The notes below the pieces were generated by a model, which saw nothing but the letters and a program-made list of their open reading frames with translations, ran no database searches and was not told the origin of the DNA. A stretch of DNA of 64,000 nucleotides from Gammaproteobacteria bacterium. Its GTDB lineage: Bacteria > Pseudomonadota > Gammaproteobacteria > UBA4575. Position numbers and translations under genes: made by a program. Below are positions 63,003 to 64,000 of this stretch, piece by piece. Location of the stretch: positions 385,861 to 449,860 of the forward strand of contig OZ245760.1 in the NCBI GenBank assembly GCA_965227695.1, written 5' to 3'. Within the stretch, counting starts at the first letter, position 1; every line of letters starts with the position of its first letter.

Positions 63003-63005
63003 GTT

Positions 63006-63575
63006 CTATTGAGGTCGTATATCGAGTTCATCAAGTCGTTGCTTGCTCACATTGAGCTTGCTGGATAGCAGCAAACGTAATGCGTTAATTGTGCAATGAG
63101 GGTATTTCTTGCTGAGTGCATTCATCGCCGCGTTGTAACTTTCAATTTCCAGTTCTTGGCTATCGGAGGTACTGAGAATTTCCTCCACTGATTTCTGGTC
63201 TTTCAGCTGCTGTTCACGGGTGGCCGCAAAATGACCCTGCCAGCGAAAATCAGCCAGCAGAAAACCGAGTAGTATCGTCGTAGCCTGGTCTCCGCCCTGC
63301 AGTGCTGAGCGTAATGTGAATGACTGTAATAGACTGTTGCCAGCAAACCATTCTGTAGATCCTTCTTCAATAGTATCCAGCCGGGCCTGCAATGCATTAA
63401 TTTCTGTCGGTAATGACGCATCCTTGAGGATGTGATGTGCCCATCGGTCTACTTCCTTGAGGCTTTTATCCAGCACACTCGCATTTGGGTCACTGGTATT
63501 CTCTACCCTTTCCAGTGTCGCTAATGGGTCTGAATCTTTATTGGTATGCCAAAATATATCAGCGTTGGACTCCAT
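63006..63575 (-). CDS. hypothetical protein, paralog A, with an HTH-like C-terminus
   Basis: 189-aa ORF predicted to be helical. The C-terminus YPHCTINALRLLLSSKLNVSKQRLDELDIRP parallels YPEYTLTAIRVMTAEKLGVTRQFIENLDIKP of the downstream gene. Confidence 0.6.
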   Translation of the reverse strand: MESNADIFWHTNKDSDPLATLERVENTSDPNASVLDKSLKEVDRWAHHILKDASLPTEINALQARLDTIEEGSTEWFAGNSLLQSFTLRSALQGGDQATTILLGFLLADFRWQGHFAATREQQLKDQKSVEEILSTSDSQELEIESYNAAMNALSKKYPHCTINALRLLLSSKLNVSKQRLDELDIRPQ

Positions 63576-63783
63576 TCGGTTTTCCTAGATGCACGTTGAT
63601 CAAACTTGTTATACAGGAATTCTAAATTCAAAAATGTGATAAGTGGTGGATGCCCGACATTTTTTAGATATAGCGAAATATTCGGCCGATATAAGGCGAT
63701 AATTCAGAACCTTACATGACCGAACTTTATGACAATGCCGTTTTCTAATGACCATACAAACAATAAATAAAAGGATCAGTACT

Positions 63784-64000
63784 ATGGATTTCAAAAGTAT
63801 CACGCACATCGTTTCTGCTGCAGGATTGGCATTAAGCATGTCAGCGTGTACAACAATCAACCCGTATACAGGTGAACAGCAAACCAGCAAAGCCGCGACC
63901 GGGGCGGCCATTGGCGCGGCGGCCGGGGCGGTAGTAGGACTGATCAGTGGAGATGATGGTCGTGAAAGAAGAAAGCGCGCGCTGATTGGGGCCGGTGTCG
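63784..64000 (+). CDS. YiaD-like OmpA-family outer-membrane lipoprotein with a glycine-zipper segment (3' end outside the window)
   Basis: MDFKSITHIVSAAGLALSMSAC (lipobox LSMSA|C), then TTINPYTGEQQTSKAATGAAIGAAAGAVVG. This closely parallels the E. coli YiaD N-terminus (CTTNPYTGE...GAGLGSLVGAG). The frame is open to the window end. Confidence 0.7.
   Translation, partial: MDFKSITHIVSAAGLALSMSACTTINPYTGEQQTSKAATGAAIGAAAGAVVGLISGDDGRERRKRALIGAGV

Noticed and set aside
63609-63911. 100-aa minus-strand ORF
   Set aside because: It overlaps the 5' end of the plus-strand YiaD-like lipoprotein, which has a convincing lipobox and a family-typical N-terminus. The rest of it covers an AT-rich divergent promoter region.

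Overview
This is a 64-kb stretch of core chromosome from a gammaproteobacterium. From memory, its gene order closely follows several Pseudomonas-type synteny blocks. I recognised no rRNA, tRNA, CRISPR array, transposase, integrase or phage gene, and coding density is high.

Gene content, left to right:
- trmB (5' partial), a SulP permease, tas, and plsC-gmhB-glyS-glyQ.
- glnA, a DUF4124 gene and ntrBC. glnA has a sigma54 promoter, and both glnA and ntrB have NtrC sites upstream.
- A class-1 pyrD, then trmL.
- gpsA-secB-grxC-rhodanese, headed by a two-Cys ArsR-type regulator.
- envC-ctpA-yibQ.
- The type IV pilus minor-pilin operon fimT-pilV-pilW-pilX-pilY1-(small ORF)-pilE.
- ispH-lspA-ileS-ribF-murJ, rpsT, proB-obg-rpmA-rplU, ispB and cysS.
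- An orphan gspA/gspB pair.
- An ~18-kb phosphate block: ppx and ppk (convergent), two glycosyltransferases, a PlcP-like metallophosphoesterase, a PAP2 phosphatase, a porin, phoBR and pstSCAB-phoU. Several units are preceded by Pho-box-like 11-bp phased repeats.
- A 25-codon hydrophobic mini-ORF, two tandem paralogous genes of unknown function, and a partial YiaD-like lipoprotein.

The most noteworthy items are:
- A candidate phosphate-starvation lipid-renovation operon that overlaps ppk.
- ppx, which appears to need a non-canonical AUU start.
- An SqrR/BigR-like persulfide-sensor candidate next to a rhodanese.
- An uncharacterised secreted ORF in the PilY2 position.
- The tandem unknown paralogs with HTH-like C-termini.

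I found no clear defence or mobile system. All family assignments come from reading the translations, not from searches.
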